A stretch of 57,407 nucleotides of DNA, the filler included, from Basidiobolus ranarum (lineage: Eukaryota): NCBI GenBank assembly GCA_040143965.1. It is 5 parts of 5 records of this genome, joined end to end, with 100 filler letters (N's around TTAATTAATTAA, not from the genome) between each part and the next. Parts side by side here need not be neighbours in the genome. Positions count along the whole stretch, not along the records: positions 23,030 to 34,429 come from JASJQH010000616.1; positions 34,530 to 45,922 come from JASJQH010000617.1; 3 more parts are not named here. The stretch is one strand, 5' to 3'. Under the pieces are notes generated by a model, which was given only the letters and a program-made list of their open reading frames with translations, searched no databases and was not told where the DNA came from. Positions 25,755 to 38,625 of the stretch are shown piece after piece. Numbering within the stretch: the stretch's first letter is position 1; the number at the start of each line of letters is the position of its first letter. A program made the position numbers and the translations under genes.

Positions 25755-26035
25755 TGTTGAAATTAGCATAACCTAAACACCTGTATAGTCATATATAGCT
25801 TAGCATTTAGTTACTCTATATTTCACCAAGATATCACCCACTATTCTCATGAGGAATTTTCTTGGAATATATTTGCCAACTTCGAAGTTCTCAGATATAT
25901 AAATTTTTTCGAACTTGTGCTAGAAGCCGCAAACATTGCACACATGTTCCTGGGACCTTCGTTAACATATTCTACATGTTTTTTGTTTCCATCCTGACAA
26001 AACTATAAATATCAACTTTCAACTCGATAAATCCA
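25755..26035 (-). mobile_element. LTR-like repeat family copy (reverse strand, 5'-truncated)
   Basis: TGTTGAAATTAGCATAACCTAAACACCTGTATAGTC.. is the reverse complement of the family 3' end; core CACATGTTCCTGGGACCTTC present. Confidence 0.85.
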
Positions 26036-26114
26036 ACGTGGGAAGGAGCATAGGTATATGTATCATCAGAATATGCAGTTTGAACAAAATATTTTCACTG
26101 AGAAATGAAAAGGC

Positions 26115-26365
26115 TGTTGAGGTAGTTTGGGAGTTGTTGGAAGTAACTTGGAGAACTAGAAGAATTAGTGGCTTTCACTTACTGATATATTGGGTGCAAG
26201 TTGACATTTATACTTTTGTCAAGAAGGGGATCAACTAACATGGGGTCTTTTGGACAAGTTTGATAACTTCTAAGTTGGTAAAGTTATTGCAAGTAATTTC
26301 CAAGTGAGGATACTGAATAATAACAGTGAAATTTATATTTATGCATAAGCTATGTCATTTTCAGC
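26115..26365 (+). mobile_element. Diverged, internally deleted LTR-like family copy
   Basis: TGTTGAGG..TTTGGGAGTTGTTGGAAGT..TTTCACTTA.TGAT..GTTGACATTTATACTTTTGTCAAGA matches the 5' half of the copies at 31999 and 39508; 3' boundary approximate. Confidence 0.65.
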
Positions 26366-27749
26366 CAAGACTTCACCTCCTCATGAAGAAAATAGCAGTA
26401 GTAGTTGATATATTTTGTAGGTCTTGGGACGTTAAAATAAAAGTAAATAGGAAGGATATTGGTACTAAAATACCTTTATTTGATCGCACATCGACACCAA
26501 TATACCAGATAGTTCCCCTTTTGAATACTCAGGGCCAAATATCAATACTAAGCCTGAATATGACCACCGAGTAAACTAATTGAATGCTGTGAATCAATAG
26601 TTGTGAATGATCAGTTGGTTGTTGACTGTACTTTATAAATACAACATTGATATTACGAATACAAAGGTTTCCTACATTAAGCACAACTTCAAAACTGCAT
26701 AACAAACTTGAATTAGTCATAGTTATATATACAGGCCAATAGATAAACAAGGATAAGACTTGAAGGTGTTAAATATGTTAAGCCAACAGTAAAACATAAA
26801 AAAGTTATTTATTTTTGTTATAAAGTTATATATATTTGCAGAGATGATATGTTGTATAAAATTACTCAGTAGCTTAGACTATAAAGCTGGAATTCGAGCT
26901 ACATCACTAATAGTTTGTCTTATTTTGGAAATTTGACCACAATCTTAACATTCGAATCAAATCGGGGCAGTGCCATCGGCCGGTTAACAACCTCTGCAAA
27001 ATGGGCTTCTTCGCTATTAATAAACTAATTTATACTGTTTAAATGTCATTCGAGGTTGGCGTATAGGATAAGGAACCAGCGACTGTCAAACATGTCTATA
27101 TGTTAAATCTTTACGATCGCCTTAAATTGAAGTAGTCATTTTGCGCCAAATGAATATTATGCTTTCTTCTAGACAGCAAGTATTGCTTGTGCTACTAACG
27201 TATGCTTCACGTGTTGTCCAACCAAATTCACTCACCCTTCTAAATTTCAGTGAGTGACTAATGCTCCACTGAACGGCTTTCAATTCTTAAATACTTATCC
27301 ACATTCCGTAATGCTTTGACTGGAAGGCTTGAGCATCTAAACTCAGTTCACCCTAAAGTATGAAGGCAAGACATTCCTCGTGGCATCACAGTCACGATAC
27401 CATGGGGGAAGGTGTTGAGACCAGGTTCTGTTGTGTTCCTGAGAGGCCGTTCTAAGAACTCAAGTCAGTTTTCGAAGATCAGTAAAGCTTATACTATTGA
27501 TTTTCATATGCCTGCGATCATTTGATCTACTTTCGCACTGGTATTTACCCATGAGAAAATTTAATGCACTTAAGGCTGAGCCAATTCAGAATAGCTATAA
27601 ACTAGATCTGGGCGATTCCTAACAAATCAAGAGGGGATTCATGCAGCTTGAGAAGCAAAGACTATTTACCGAACATCTCTCGCATCTGCAACCACTCCAT
27701 GCCATAGTCATCGTGGAAAGAGCGCTTTAAATTCTACGCTAACGCTAAA

Positions 27750-28713
27750 ATGGCCTCTGACCAGGATATTTTGATGCACACCATGAATGTGGTGATTTCT
27801 TCCCTATCCATTCCCATAGGGCTATCCAATACCATCAAGAGCATCAAAATCATTCGACAAGAGCGCGCATTCATATTCAAGTTGAACTTGGGCCAGTCTC
27901 TAATTCTCTTGGTGAGTAAGCTGACCCAAACCATCTTTATCCTTAAGAACCAACCCAACTGTCAGTTTTTGATCTACTTCGCAGCTATCACGTACTACTT
28001 ATCTACTATGATGATCGAAGTGATTTTGATAACCAAAGCCTATTATGCCAACCTGCGCTCGAAGACTGTTGTTGGATTGGGGGCGTTTATTGAATTGTGT
28101 AGATTTGTTATTCATGTTGTTATTCTTATCCACATAAAATCAACATATGGGCCTTTGGGATCCTGTTTTTCATACGGGACCGATACCCTCTTTACTGTAC
28201 TCATTGCTACCGAAGGATGTTTAATTATCTTCTTAACCGTGGCATTTGTCGGTAGTCTATGGCGTGTCTCTCGCATTCAGAATGGTGGAGTTTACTCTGC
28301 CCTAATCAAAGACGGACTGATCTATTTCTTCAGCATCTGCTTGGTGATTATGATCATCATCGTATTGATCGCCACTGGTGCAGCACCACCCGTCAACGGG
28401 TATTTCCTGGACTTTGGCTGTAAGCATGAATTTTAATCTTTCTATATAGGTATCCAGAAACTCTTACATAAGAAATACTGATCAGATTCAATTTAAAGGG
28501 GCTGTTAGTTCTAAAATAATGACTGAGCAGCTGTATGAATCGCATCATCGACGAAAGAGTAGAAGTCAAGCGCTGAGTCAGAGCCTTAGCCATCCTACTG
28601 TAGACTTTCCCACGGCAAAGCAATACGAACATTCTACTCGAGCCCTGACATTTAACGATTCCACTGACTTGGATGGTTCCGAATCAACCAAGAAGACCAG
28701 CACCTATTCATAA
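27750..28713 (+). CDS. Putative 7-transmembrane GPCR-like protein
   Basis: Intron 28420-28498 joins the ORFs (..FLDFGW/AVSSKIMTEQ..); about seven hydrophobic segments, Cys at the top of TM3 (PNC) and in the second extracellular loop (GSC), polar Ser/Thr-rich tail. Confidence 0.7.
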
Positions 28714-31149
28714 ACTTTATAACACTTGAACTCAAGTTTAGTGTAGATACAGCTTTCCCTGTCATCAGAATATCCCTTCTCGTTTACATGTATTAGATCC
28801 ATTAGAAATCCATCTTTTCGATGGTCTTAGTTAACAGAACGAACCACTCCCTCCACAATACAATACACCACTTAATGTAGATAAATCGTAATCTTTACCT
28901 TTCGGGATTGCCCGAGTTCTCATCGTCAAGCCTGAGATCTCTTACATCGATCTTAGTCATCGGATGGCAGTTGGTGAAAACTACGCTGCTCATTAATCTT
29001 CTTGTAATACATGGTGAGAATAAAGATCTATCTATCCTATTTTACATCTTCAGCGTTAGATGTATCTGCTGCTTGCATGGTACATGATAATGCGAAGTTG
29101 GATCGAAAGCACTCCGTCCACAGGAGATTCTGATTCTCTCGACAGCTGGAAGAATTCGTGGGAATTTCATCGATTTCCTTTGATTTGAGATCAGGATTCA
29201 TGCTGACGTAGCATAACTAGTTTACGACTTGACCGATGATGAAAGTACATTGTAGAGGCTCTCCAAGTCCAATGAGAGTAAACTACGCACCGTAAGCAGC
29301 CAAATATCGCTGCTGTTCAGACCTGGTTACTGTAGTACCTGATTAACACGTGGTATTTCTATTGTTTGCCATTGTGAGGTACAGAGTTGCACTAATCATA
29401 TTGTATGACTTGGAGGGGTCCGGTACCGAGAGTTATTGAATGTTACAGTATTACCCGAGGGCATCTCGAGTGATAGAAAAATACTTGATTTACTGCATAT
29501 TACGAACCAGACCGATTTTTCAACGAAAAAAAAATCAACTCCATCCTTGCTTATGTTTGTAAAACCAAGGGAACACCATGAGATGCTTTTGTACATTCAA
29601 TGCTACCTCCACTGCATATTACAGTATGTCGACCTGATGGATTAGCGGATCTCTAGACTGCGTCGATAAATAAGCGAATTAATGGCTCGCATGAGTTTAG
29701 ATGGAATATCCAGTCAATAGTGATTTACTTACCTGACTATCTTTTCACACATCTCTTGAATTTCTATATCCAGTTGATGAATGAGATGCCGGTCGCCATT
29801 TGTATTCTTTTAACTGTTATTCCTTCAACCTGTTCTATCCCTATTTGTACCTTAGTATATCTGCTACGTTCTCTCTAGTCTGCCTCTTTAGATGATAGTG
29901 AAAAAGTGATCGATACGAATCAGGAAATATCAGTACTTTCCTGTTTTGAATGGGGCAGTAGGGCTTTAATGAATGAAGAGCTAGTTGGAGTCTGGTAGCA
30001 GTTATTAACCCATCGGCAGTCATTTTATTAATAGTATTGTTGCATATCCAGAGACATGATCAATCAGTGATTTTTACCAGAGGGAGTGCAAATAAAAGTC
30101 CCACACTAGAGCAGATGATGCGTGTTGAAAATGCCCTTCGAAGCGTTACTCTCGAATGTCTATAATTCACAAACTCAAATTGAGTGTTAACTAGTGATGT
30201 TGCAAACCAGTAAAAGTATATGATTGACTCATGATCCAGTGGTAGAAGAATATGTTACCTATGCGTGGGTATGAACATATTTGGTTATTACATGGATTGA
30301 AATAGAAATCTTGCATGTCTTGTCACAATCTACAGTGAACTTATACAGCCAAACGCTACTCATATCTGATGTGGTAGTTTGAATCCTTCAATCAATTACT
30401 TATGATCTATTCATAATATTGATGCTACAATGGCGAATACCACGATGTCATGGTTCTGGTATTTCCAATTAAGAATGAGTCAAGTTTTATCTTAGTCTCG
30501 TAGTTCTGAACACAACCCTATTGTTTGCTTTAAGTATTACCTCCAAATAGTATAAATACTCTAATTTCGTTCAATGTATATGTAGCTCTACAGGCCGTAA
30601 CAACCCTAAGACTGACTTCGTGTTGTCCAATGAGACAGCTGAGAAATCTTCTACCCAATGATATATTTATTCTTTCACAAAAAAGAATTGACTTCAAGTT
30701 GCTAGATATAATTGAATATGCAGCTCAATGACTTTGGGGCTGACACAGTTAGTAACCGTATTCTGTTTGAGTGGAACAATAGACTTGGTGGCATGCTATT
30801 GGTGTGTGCTTTGAACAAGTAGAATATATTTATTTAAAGTTGGAAGAATTCCTACACCGTGTAGCAATATTTTATTATGAATAATATACATGTTCAATCG
30901 ATGAGAAACCTGATCGTGAAACTTATCATCTTTGGATTCAAATTGAGAATATCGATAGAGGATAGAAACTACTGGAAATGAGAAAAAATCAACAGACCTT
31001 CCTGCGCTAAAAACCTTTAACAAGAAAGCCAAAAAAGTATTTGATGCTATATATAAGCAGGAGGGATTCCCAATTGTAAATATTCAGGACGTAAAAACCG
31101 CCCATAAACCCAGGTTTAAATTGGAAGAATGTGATATAGCAAATAATTG

Positions 31150-33000
31150 GGCTAATATACTCTTTATCAGATAAGGTCTCTTTAACTTAGAGATGGAAAA
31201 TGCATGATACATGGTTACTTATCTAATTATATTGTGATCTTTCACATAACAGTTAGAAAATTATGACACATTTTGGGAAAGAAGTTATTGTTATCACACT
31301 TCTAAGCAATCTTCCTGGTAAATATGTTATAACATAGTTCCTTTGGAAGTTTTGTCACACAAGCTACACATAAAACTTGTATGTGGAAGATTAAAAGTGG
31401 AGAGCTTGAGAGTAAATAATCACAGATAATTGAAGTTATATTTGTCTAGCTAAAAAACCTATATTTCTTGCTAGTAATGAGCACAACGCTGCTCACAGTC
31501 ACTTTTTAAGAAAGTTACTGGACTTATCAACTACAAATACAATTGTTAATACTCTGATCAAACCTCTATCAAAACTTAAATTTAAAGAATTAAGGCATAC
31601 ATGATTAGTTGGTGAGAGTATTAAAGGTTGTTTCTACAATCATATTTCCTAGTTCTGTCATAAATATTGAAGTTTCACACATCATGTCCAAGTTCTTGGA
31701 TAGAATCCACTCAAGTATTTCAGTTCAAGATCAAAGCATATATTTTGAAAATATACAAATTACCACAAAGCCAACAGAGTTGAGCTTAAAACTTACAAGT
31801 TTTTCAAATGAATCCCATGATAGCGCATGTTCCTCCACAGACAATCTGAATTTGCCCTCATTGCTTGTTTCCTGTATAACCTTCAAAAAAGAAACACTAC
31901 TTCTGATTCAATAATGATGAGAAACATCTCTTTTAGTCACAATAACTCCATTTCTCAAAACCCCTTCCACAGATTTCAGATTCTAAAGTTATTTTACCTG
32001 TTAAAGGATTTTGGGAGTTGTTGGAAGTGGTTTACAGGATTAGAAGTTTTGGTGGTTTTCACTTATTGATATATTGAGTTGAAAGTTGACATCAATAGTT
32101 TTGTCATGATGTAAGCAAACAAACATGTGAAATATGTTAAAAAAGGTCCCAGAAACATGTGCGCAAAGTTTAAGGCTTCTAGCACAACTTTAAAGAAATC
32201 TATATATCTAAGAACTAAGTTGGTAAAAGTATTCAAAGTAGATTCTGTCAGAGTATTTTGGGAGCCTGTTGGTAGTGGTTTGGAGGAATTGAGAAATCGG
32301 TGGTTTTCACTTATTGAATTATTTAGCAGAAAGTTGACATTTATAGTTTTGTCAGGATGTAAACAAACTAACAAGTAAAATGTATTAAGAAAGGTCCCAG
32401 GAGCATGTGTGCAAAGTTTGAGGCTTCTAGCACAAGTTTGAAGAATATGAATATATCTGAGAACTTCTAAGTTGGTGAAATATTCGAAGTAAATTCCTCA
32501 TGAGAATAATAGGTAATATCTTAGTGAAATATAGGATAGCTAAATACTAAGCTATATATGACTATATAGGTATTTAGGCAATGCTAATTTCAACAATTTT
32601 AACAATACCTAGTTCAGTTTACAGTTCAAAAAATGAATATTTAATGTGTATGAATTTTCAGCAATCTGCTTTCCTGGGCTTCTAATGCATCACGGAGTAT
32701 ATTCTAACTAGTACCAGCTCCAGTCTAGAGATAGATTCAATACTTATATAATGCAATTATCAACTGATACAGGAGTAATACTGGCATAAGTACTACAGCG
32801 ATGGACTATTGTGAATGCATGACCCAAATCTCCTTATTACAAATGTACATTTCAACTTGGATTGGATTGCGGTTCTCAAATAGACTCCTATGTCCCCCCA
32901 CAATAGAAACTAGCGAGTTATATTAAGGAATGGTACATTTGAAATCCAATCAAATTAGAAGATCACATTGAGTTATAAAATCCGGAATCCACTCCTCCAC
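31150..33000 (+). mobile_element. Possible highly decayed LINE-like remnant (interrupted by LTR-like copy)
   Basis: AT-rich, CpG-poor; faint endonuclease-like LDRIHS..(D)HK and zinc-knuckle-like LC..IET traces; boundaries approximate. Confidence 0.25.
31999..32604 (+). mobile_element. LTR-like family copy D, head-to-tail double unit
   Basis: Starts TGTTAAAG; second unit starts ~32246 (TGTCAGAG); ends TTTCAACA at 32595 plus a duplicated ATTTTAACA; flanks TTACC/ATACC (4/5 TSD). Confidence 0.85.
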
Positions 33001-33858
33001 AAAGATACAATTCCAGATCACTCCCATAACAAGGGAGATAGAACCCTAAAACATCACTGGGCTTCAATTGCCTGCTCTCCTTCAAAGCTCTAGAAATGCA
33101 TACAAGTCTTCTTTGAGTCTTAAGCTATATCTGTATAGGTTACTCTGCAGGCAATTTTACATCTGGATGATCCGATGACAAGGGAGTACAGACTCAAAGA
33201 GCTTTCAATCAACAGAACGTGTGGATATAAAAGAATATTCTTGAATCCTTATTTAACTGTCATCCCAAAGTCCAACAATACGTTGTGAAGGCAATGGTGG
33301 GGTATATCGCATGCTGGCGTATTCTTCATGCCAGTAATGAGTCACATGATTCCACATTTCATTAGGCTTCGTATCAATCAGATCGTTGGTTTCAAATCCA
33401 ACCTCTAAGTGATTACAAAGGTTGAGTGTTTAGAATAAGCTAATGATAGCAGGTGATGTTCAATCCGTATCTCATTCATTTGATAGGCGTGGTTAAGCTA
33501 AGCCACTGAATGGTGACTGTTACGCTCTATTGCTTTGGAAATAATCCCTGGGAATGGATTTGGTGTCTCGTAAGAGTCCCTAATAAAGTGGTTGTAGTTT
33601 CCCATTCTCACACTGTTCATTGTGTGGTGCTCTATTTCGTGAGAACGTTCCAATGAGATGGGCTTGCGTCATAGAATTTCCTCCTTAATGGATATCTACA
33701 TTGTCTTACCCGTGATTGGTACAACATATAGCTCACCATTTAAACAGCAGTCACCCGATCTCTTTCACTACAGCGTTGTGAATTCAATTGAACTACCATT
33801 CACCATCATCTTGAATAACTCCCCTACCAACATCTAGTCCTCAGATCTCCTTCCTGGA

Positions 33859-34429
33859 ATGCCAACAAGTCTTAACAGTGAAATGCAACTCGAGCAGTCG
33901 ATGGAATATTTGAAAACTCTAACAGCAGTTCGTGAAAGATCCCAAAAGATTTTTGACTTGGTTACAAAGAGTGACAAGGGACACTTTTCAGTTCACTTAA
34001 ATAAACTAGAGAATGTCGCGAAATTTGTTCTAGATATTATCAAGAGAGACTACACCTCTCCCAAGGATGTACCTCCACACAGTCGTTGGAGACATTTTGA
34101 TGTTGGAGGTGTTCCTCGTATTCAAAACTTGCTTGATTCGTGGTCTGGTAAAGTTGAGAAGACCGAGATAACTCGCAGAGTTCTCGACTTGTTCATTGTA
34201 TCAGTATTATTAGACGCTGGTGCTGGAAATATTTGGTCGTACAAAGAACCTGGTACTGGAAAGACCTTTAACCGTTCTGAAGGACTTGCTATAGCTTCTC
34301 TGGCTATGTTTAATTCTGGTGCCTTTTCCAACGATCCGAATCAACCATATCAAGTAGATGCGATCTCTTTAAAGAAACTGACAACCACTCAGCTTAGCGA
34401 AGGTTTCCAGGTATCCGAACAGAACCCTT
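33859..34429 (+). CDS. URC4: Uracil catabolism protein Urc4/Urg3 (DUF1688), 5' part; truncated by contig end
   Basis: PPHSRWRHFDVGG, DLFIVSVLLDAGAG..W.Y.E, RSEGLAIASL.MF.SG.FS, GFQVS..NP. Confidence 0.88.
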
Positions 34430-34529
34430 NNNNNNNNNNNNNNNNNNNNNNNNNNNNNNNNNNNNNNNNNNNNTTAATTAATTAANNNNNNNNNNNNNNN
34501 NNNNNNNNNNNNNNNNNNNNNNNNNNNNN
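34430..34529. other. Artificial contig-join spacer
   Basis: N run with TTAATTAATTAA. Confidence 0.98.
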
Positions 34530-34545
34530 TTGTGAGAAGGGTGTT

Positions 34546-34616
34546 CATGGGGGATTGCATCCCCCAAACCCCCTGCTTTCTTTTTTACATGGGGGATTGC
34601 TTCCCCCAGACCCCCT
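34546..34616. repeat. Two direct copies of a GC-rich hairpin unit
   Basis: CATGGGGGATTGCWTCCCCCARACCCCCT at 34546-34574 and 34588-34616; stem GGGGGA/TCCCCC. Confidence 0.85.
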
Positions 34617-35557
34617 CTTTTCATCCTTACCCTTACCAGAACATCTATACCCTGTATCTATTTCCAAAACTAGTGGATTACCATAGACTATATGCTGAAC
34701 GCCAAAGCATATACACAAAAATCATCTAAAACAATTTAATAAACCCAGTTAAAACAACCACTCCGCACGCCTCGAAATGCGTCCCAACATTTACTCCACA
34801 GCCCTCTCATCTCCTTCAAACAATCCACGAACCGGACAACCAAGAATACTTTCCTGCACCCTCCTCTCCTTTTTCTTAACCTGGCATCTCATTTTCTCGT
34901 CACCCTTTCCACCCCTAGGTTTTCTCTCCAAAACCCGGCCTCCCTTTACAATCACGGATAAATCATACTTCCGCTTCAGCTCAGCCTCTTGTATTAAATT
35001 TCTCAAATCCATCATGTTGTGCAGAGGAACCGTCTTCCCCGGTGGTAGATGAATTAAATTTCCTGTTTCGTTGATCTCTTTAAATTAGAATAGTATAGGG
35101 AAGTAGGCGATATTTCTTTGCGTATTACTCTAACTCTAACACACGTAGTATAACTAACTGGATGTGGTTATAAGACTGTATGAAGGTCTGCACGGGTATT
35201 CTTAAATCAGCCCAACTGCATATACATAGCTATGCTGTTTGTTTATAAAAAGTCGATATAAACTATTCGTGGGGGATATTTGCATCCATTCATTCATCGT
35301 AAACCTGTAAACTCAAGAGTCTAAGATCAATTCATATGTAACTATTCTGAGTATTACTAATGTTATCTTAGTGTACCAGCTAGACTTATCATCACATATG
35401 AATAATGGAGTTTGCAATCGAATATTGTGGAATTAAGGAGGTTTATTAATCTCAAACTGTACAAATGATGATGTATGATGCCATGATAAAATGTAGATGC
35501 AAATGGTCAAGTATTTGGACCAACAAATCAAAAAGAGCCGGAAGATGGTGATTGGTA

Positions 35558-37231
35558 TTAAAGCAGCATGCCAGCAATAGTAGCGCTCATCAAAGTAGAC
35601 ATAGTACCACACAGCATGGCAGAAAATGCAAGCTCAGCCAGATCCTTTTTGCGAGAAGGTGCCATGGCTCCCAAGGCACCAATTTGAATACCAATAGATC
35701 CGAAGTTAGCGAATCCACAAAGACAATAAATACCCAAAGATGCGGTTCTTTCCTGAAGTACACCTGCGGTAGTTAATCTGGCCAGTTCTGCGAATGCTGC
35801 GAATTCATTGACGAACATCTTGGTAGCCATCAAGCGAGCGACAGTAAGTAAATCCGTGCTTGGAATACCCACCAACCACATGAAAGGATAGAACAAATAG
35901 CCAACAATCAATTCAAGAGTAAGGGAATCTATGTTGAAGAAGTTTCCTACCCAAGTAAGGAATGAATTGACCAAAGCTAGAAGTGAAATAAATGAAATAA
36001 CAGTAGCAAGAATCAATAATGCCAATTCTATGCCTTGTGCGGCTCCGTTAGAGGCAGCATGGAGAAAGTTGGCTTCTTTGTCTTCACTCTCTGGAATTCG
36101 GACTTTACCCTTGGTAACTGGCTCACCAGTTTCTGGGAAACGAATCTTGGAGATGGCTAAGCCACAAGGAACTGACATAACACAAGAAGTGATCAATGTT
36201 TGTGCATCCACCTTCATTGAAATAAATGCAACTAAAACTGAGCCTGAAATGGTAGCAAATCCTGAGGTCATAGCAGAATGAAGTTCACTGCGAGTCATAG
36301 TTGCTAAAAATGGAAGAACAAGCAATGAGGATTCGCCCATACCGACGAAAGGAGAGGCAGCGGCAACAACGGACTCGGCACCACTAGTACCCATGAGTCT
36401 AACCATTAGCCAAGCAAATTTACGAACAATCCATTGCATACCACCAAGGTAATATACAACCTTCACAATAGCAGCGAAGAAAATAACTGCAGGTAAAACG
36501 GTAAAGACAAATATACCGATATCGGCGATATCGTCGCTGGTTACAAATGCCAAGCCAGATTTGGAGAAATGGAGCAGAGTTGAGCACATATTTGATACCC
36601 AACTGAAAATGTCGTATCCGATAGATGTCTTGAGGATAAATAAGCCAAGGAGGAATTGTAACAAAACGCCAACAACAACTGTCCTCCACGGAATACTTTT
36701 GCGATTGTCAGATGTTGCATATAGTAACACAATAAATACAACGAGACCAAAAAGTGATCTTAATCTGTCTAAGCGACTGCTATGTCCTTCTTGAACAGGA
36801 AGAGCAAGAGTAACTGATACAATCAATGCAACCGGAAGTAGGACACCCAGGATAAGACGGATTTTTTCGGGGATTACTGAGATTGCTTTCATGATTGCAC
36901 CAAAGAACATTCCCAAAGGTTTAGAAAGAATTCTGGTAGTCACATGGTAAAACATGAGCTTCAGAGAAACAAAAGCCCAGAGTAACGAAAGGACCAAGGT
37001 ATCCTTGCCGTGTAATATCCAGGCTCCTATCATCATCCCGGTGATGATTAAGAACATGAGTATATGAAACCACAAGCGATAGCGACGGTAAAATGTTGTC
37101 GGCTGGTCATTCAGCGAGGTGTCAACCTCTTTCTTCTCATCAGGATAAGTGTCATTCGCACTTACAGGGAGAAAAGAGGTAGGATGAGATTCTGAAACTC
37201 TTGGAGCTTCGGTGGTGTTGTCCACAGTCAT
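35558..37231 (-). CDS. Concentrative nucleoside transporter (CNT/SLC28 family)
   Basis: Intronless; WRTVVVG, VLPAVIFF, GTSGAESVVAAASPFVG, MTSGFATISGS, K.FVNEF.A, LCGFANFGSIGIQIG; likely ATG at 37231. Confidence 0.95.
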   Translation of the reverse strand: MTVDNTTEAPRVSESHPTSFLPVSANDTYPDEKKEVDTSLNDQPTTFYRRYRLWFHILMFLIITGMMIGAWILHGKDTLVLSLLWAFVSLKLMFYHVTTRILSKPLGMFFGAIMKAISVIPEKIRLILGVLLPVALIVSVTLALPVQEGHSSRLDRLRSLFGLVVFIVLLYATSDNRKSIPWRTVVVGVLLQFLLGLFILKTSIGYDIFSWVSNMCSTLLHFSKSGLAFVTSDDIADIGIFVFTVLPAVIFFAAIVKVVYYLGGMQWIVRKFAWLMVRLMGTSGAESVVAAASPFVGMGESSLLVLPFLATMTRSELHSAMTSGFATISGSVLVAFISMKVDAQTLITSCVMSVPCGLAISKIRFPETGEPVTKGKVRIPESEDKEANFLHAASNGAAQGIELALLILATVISFISLLALVNSFLTWVGNFFNIDSLTLELIVGYLFYPFMWLVGIPSTDLLTVARLMATKMFVNEFAAFAELARLTTAGVLQERTASLGIYCLCGFANFGSIGIQIGALGAMAPSRKKDLAELAFSAMLCGTMSTLMSATIAGMLL

Positions 37232-38049
37232 AGCTAGGAAATAGTAATTGAAGAAGTAGATAGTAAGGATGATACTTGAAATCACAATACTTTTATACAA
37301 ATGGCTGTGTTAAAAGAAATGTGTTGGTGGCGAATCAGAATTATGGTAATGATTGCCATTTCTGGAATCAATTAAGAGTATTTAACATCCCAAAAAAGAG
37401 TTTTCTGTTTTCGTATATAGCAACTATTAGTAGCTATGGTTTGGCTAGATACTTGGATAGGATAGTTTAAAGAACAGACTATAAAGGCCACAGAACAAAC
37501 ACCATACTCTCCAACGTTGGCTAACACGTTGCTCAATCCCTTGGTTACCTGGGTAAATGGAGAAAAGGGTTCAGGGTTCAAACAAAAAAGGCCAATAATT
37601 CTGAACACGATAGATTACCATTTATAGTCAGATTGTTAAGTCAATGTAGGTAAAATGGAAATACTAAGGCAAAATGGAAATACTTAATATATATCCATAT
37701 TAGGTTGTTTCTCTTTGATTTCGAAGCGTTAGAAAACTTCCAAAGGCTAATATGTACACATATTTTGTGGAGTAAAATGGATCCAAACAACATTCGCATC
37801 TGATTGTTTATGGATTTCTAACCCTTGACATCATGACTGGAGAATCCAGACTAGGTTCAAGTTTGGCATAATTGCTATGATACTAACACGATATATAGAA
37901 CATCAATTAAAGATATGGCTAGGCATAGTAGAAAGTATCATTAATGACCGCCCATGCTTCATGCTATATTTACAATTATCCTCAATAATGTTTAACTGTC
38001 ATTGTTTATTGGCGTCACGTATTCTACTAGGGTATATTAAGTCATTTGC

Positions 38050-38625
38050 TCATGAAAGGGCATTCACAACTATTGAGAAACTGGGAAAACCTTGGGTGAA
38101 GGTAGTAGGATCAGCACCACTTGGACCCAATATGATTGGGGATTCAAGCTCAAAGTACTGACTCAATGGCGGAAATATATTGGCCTCGGGAACGATAAAT
38201 TTGGCTTCTCGAAGAGTATATAGAGTAAGGCTACTCTAAGAAGTTAAGGAATGATCACTAGTAACTTTTAAGTTTGCAAAAATTGTAAAATAAGGCGGTT
38301 GAAGCAAATGTTCCAATACCGGGATGGATCCAGTACTTGTCTCCTCTGTTAACACTTGTTCAAACTTGACATTTCCTAATACTGGATCCGTAGCCAAGCC
38401 GTTTAAGCTGGCTAACTTTAGCCCTATAGCCCCTACATCATTGATAACCTCACGCAGAGTTAGATCACCTTCTACATTCAGCAGTACGGTCTTAGAGTCC
38501 AATTGAAGTGGAATATTCACACCTTGAAACGTGCAAGGAATATCAATATTGAGTAGAGAAAGTGGCAAACTTGACACAAAGGAAAGTAAGCAAAAAGCTA
38601 AGAAATGAACAGTAAAGAATAGCAT
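38050..38625 (-). CDS. Secreted protein of unknown function; one probable intron or premature stop
   Basis: Signal peptide; the reading frame continues ~60 codons past the TAG at 38236; an 84-nt GTATTG..CTTAAC..TTCTTAG phase-0 intron would remove that TAG. Confidence 0.6.

Noticed and set aside
33859-37231. Apparent pyrimidine-salvage cluster (URC4 next to a nucleoside transporter)
   Set aside because: The two genes are on different contigs joined by an artificial linker in size-sorted order.
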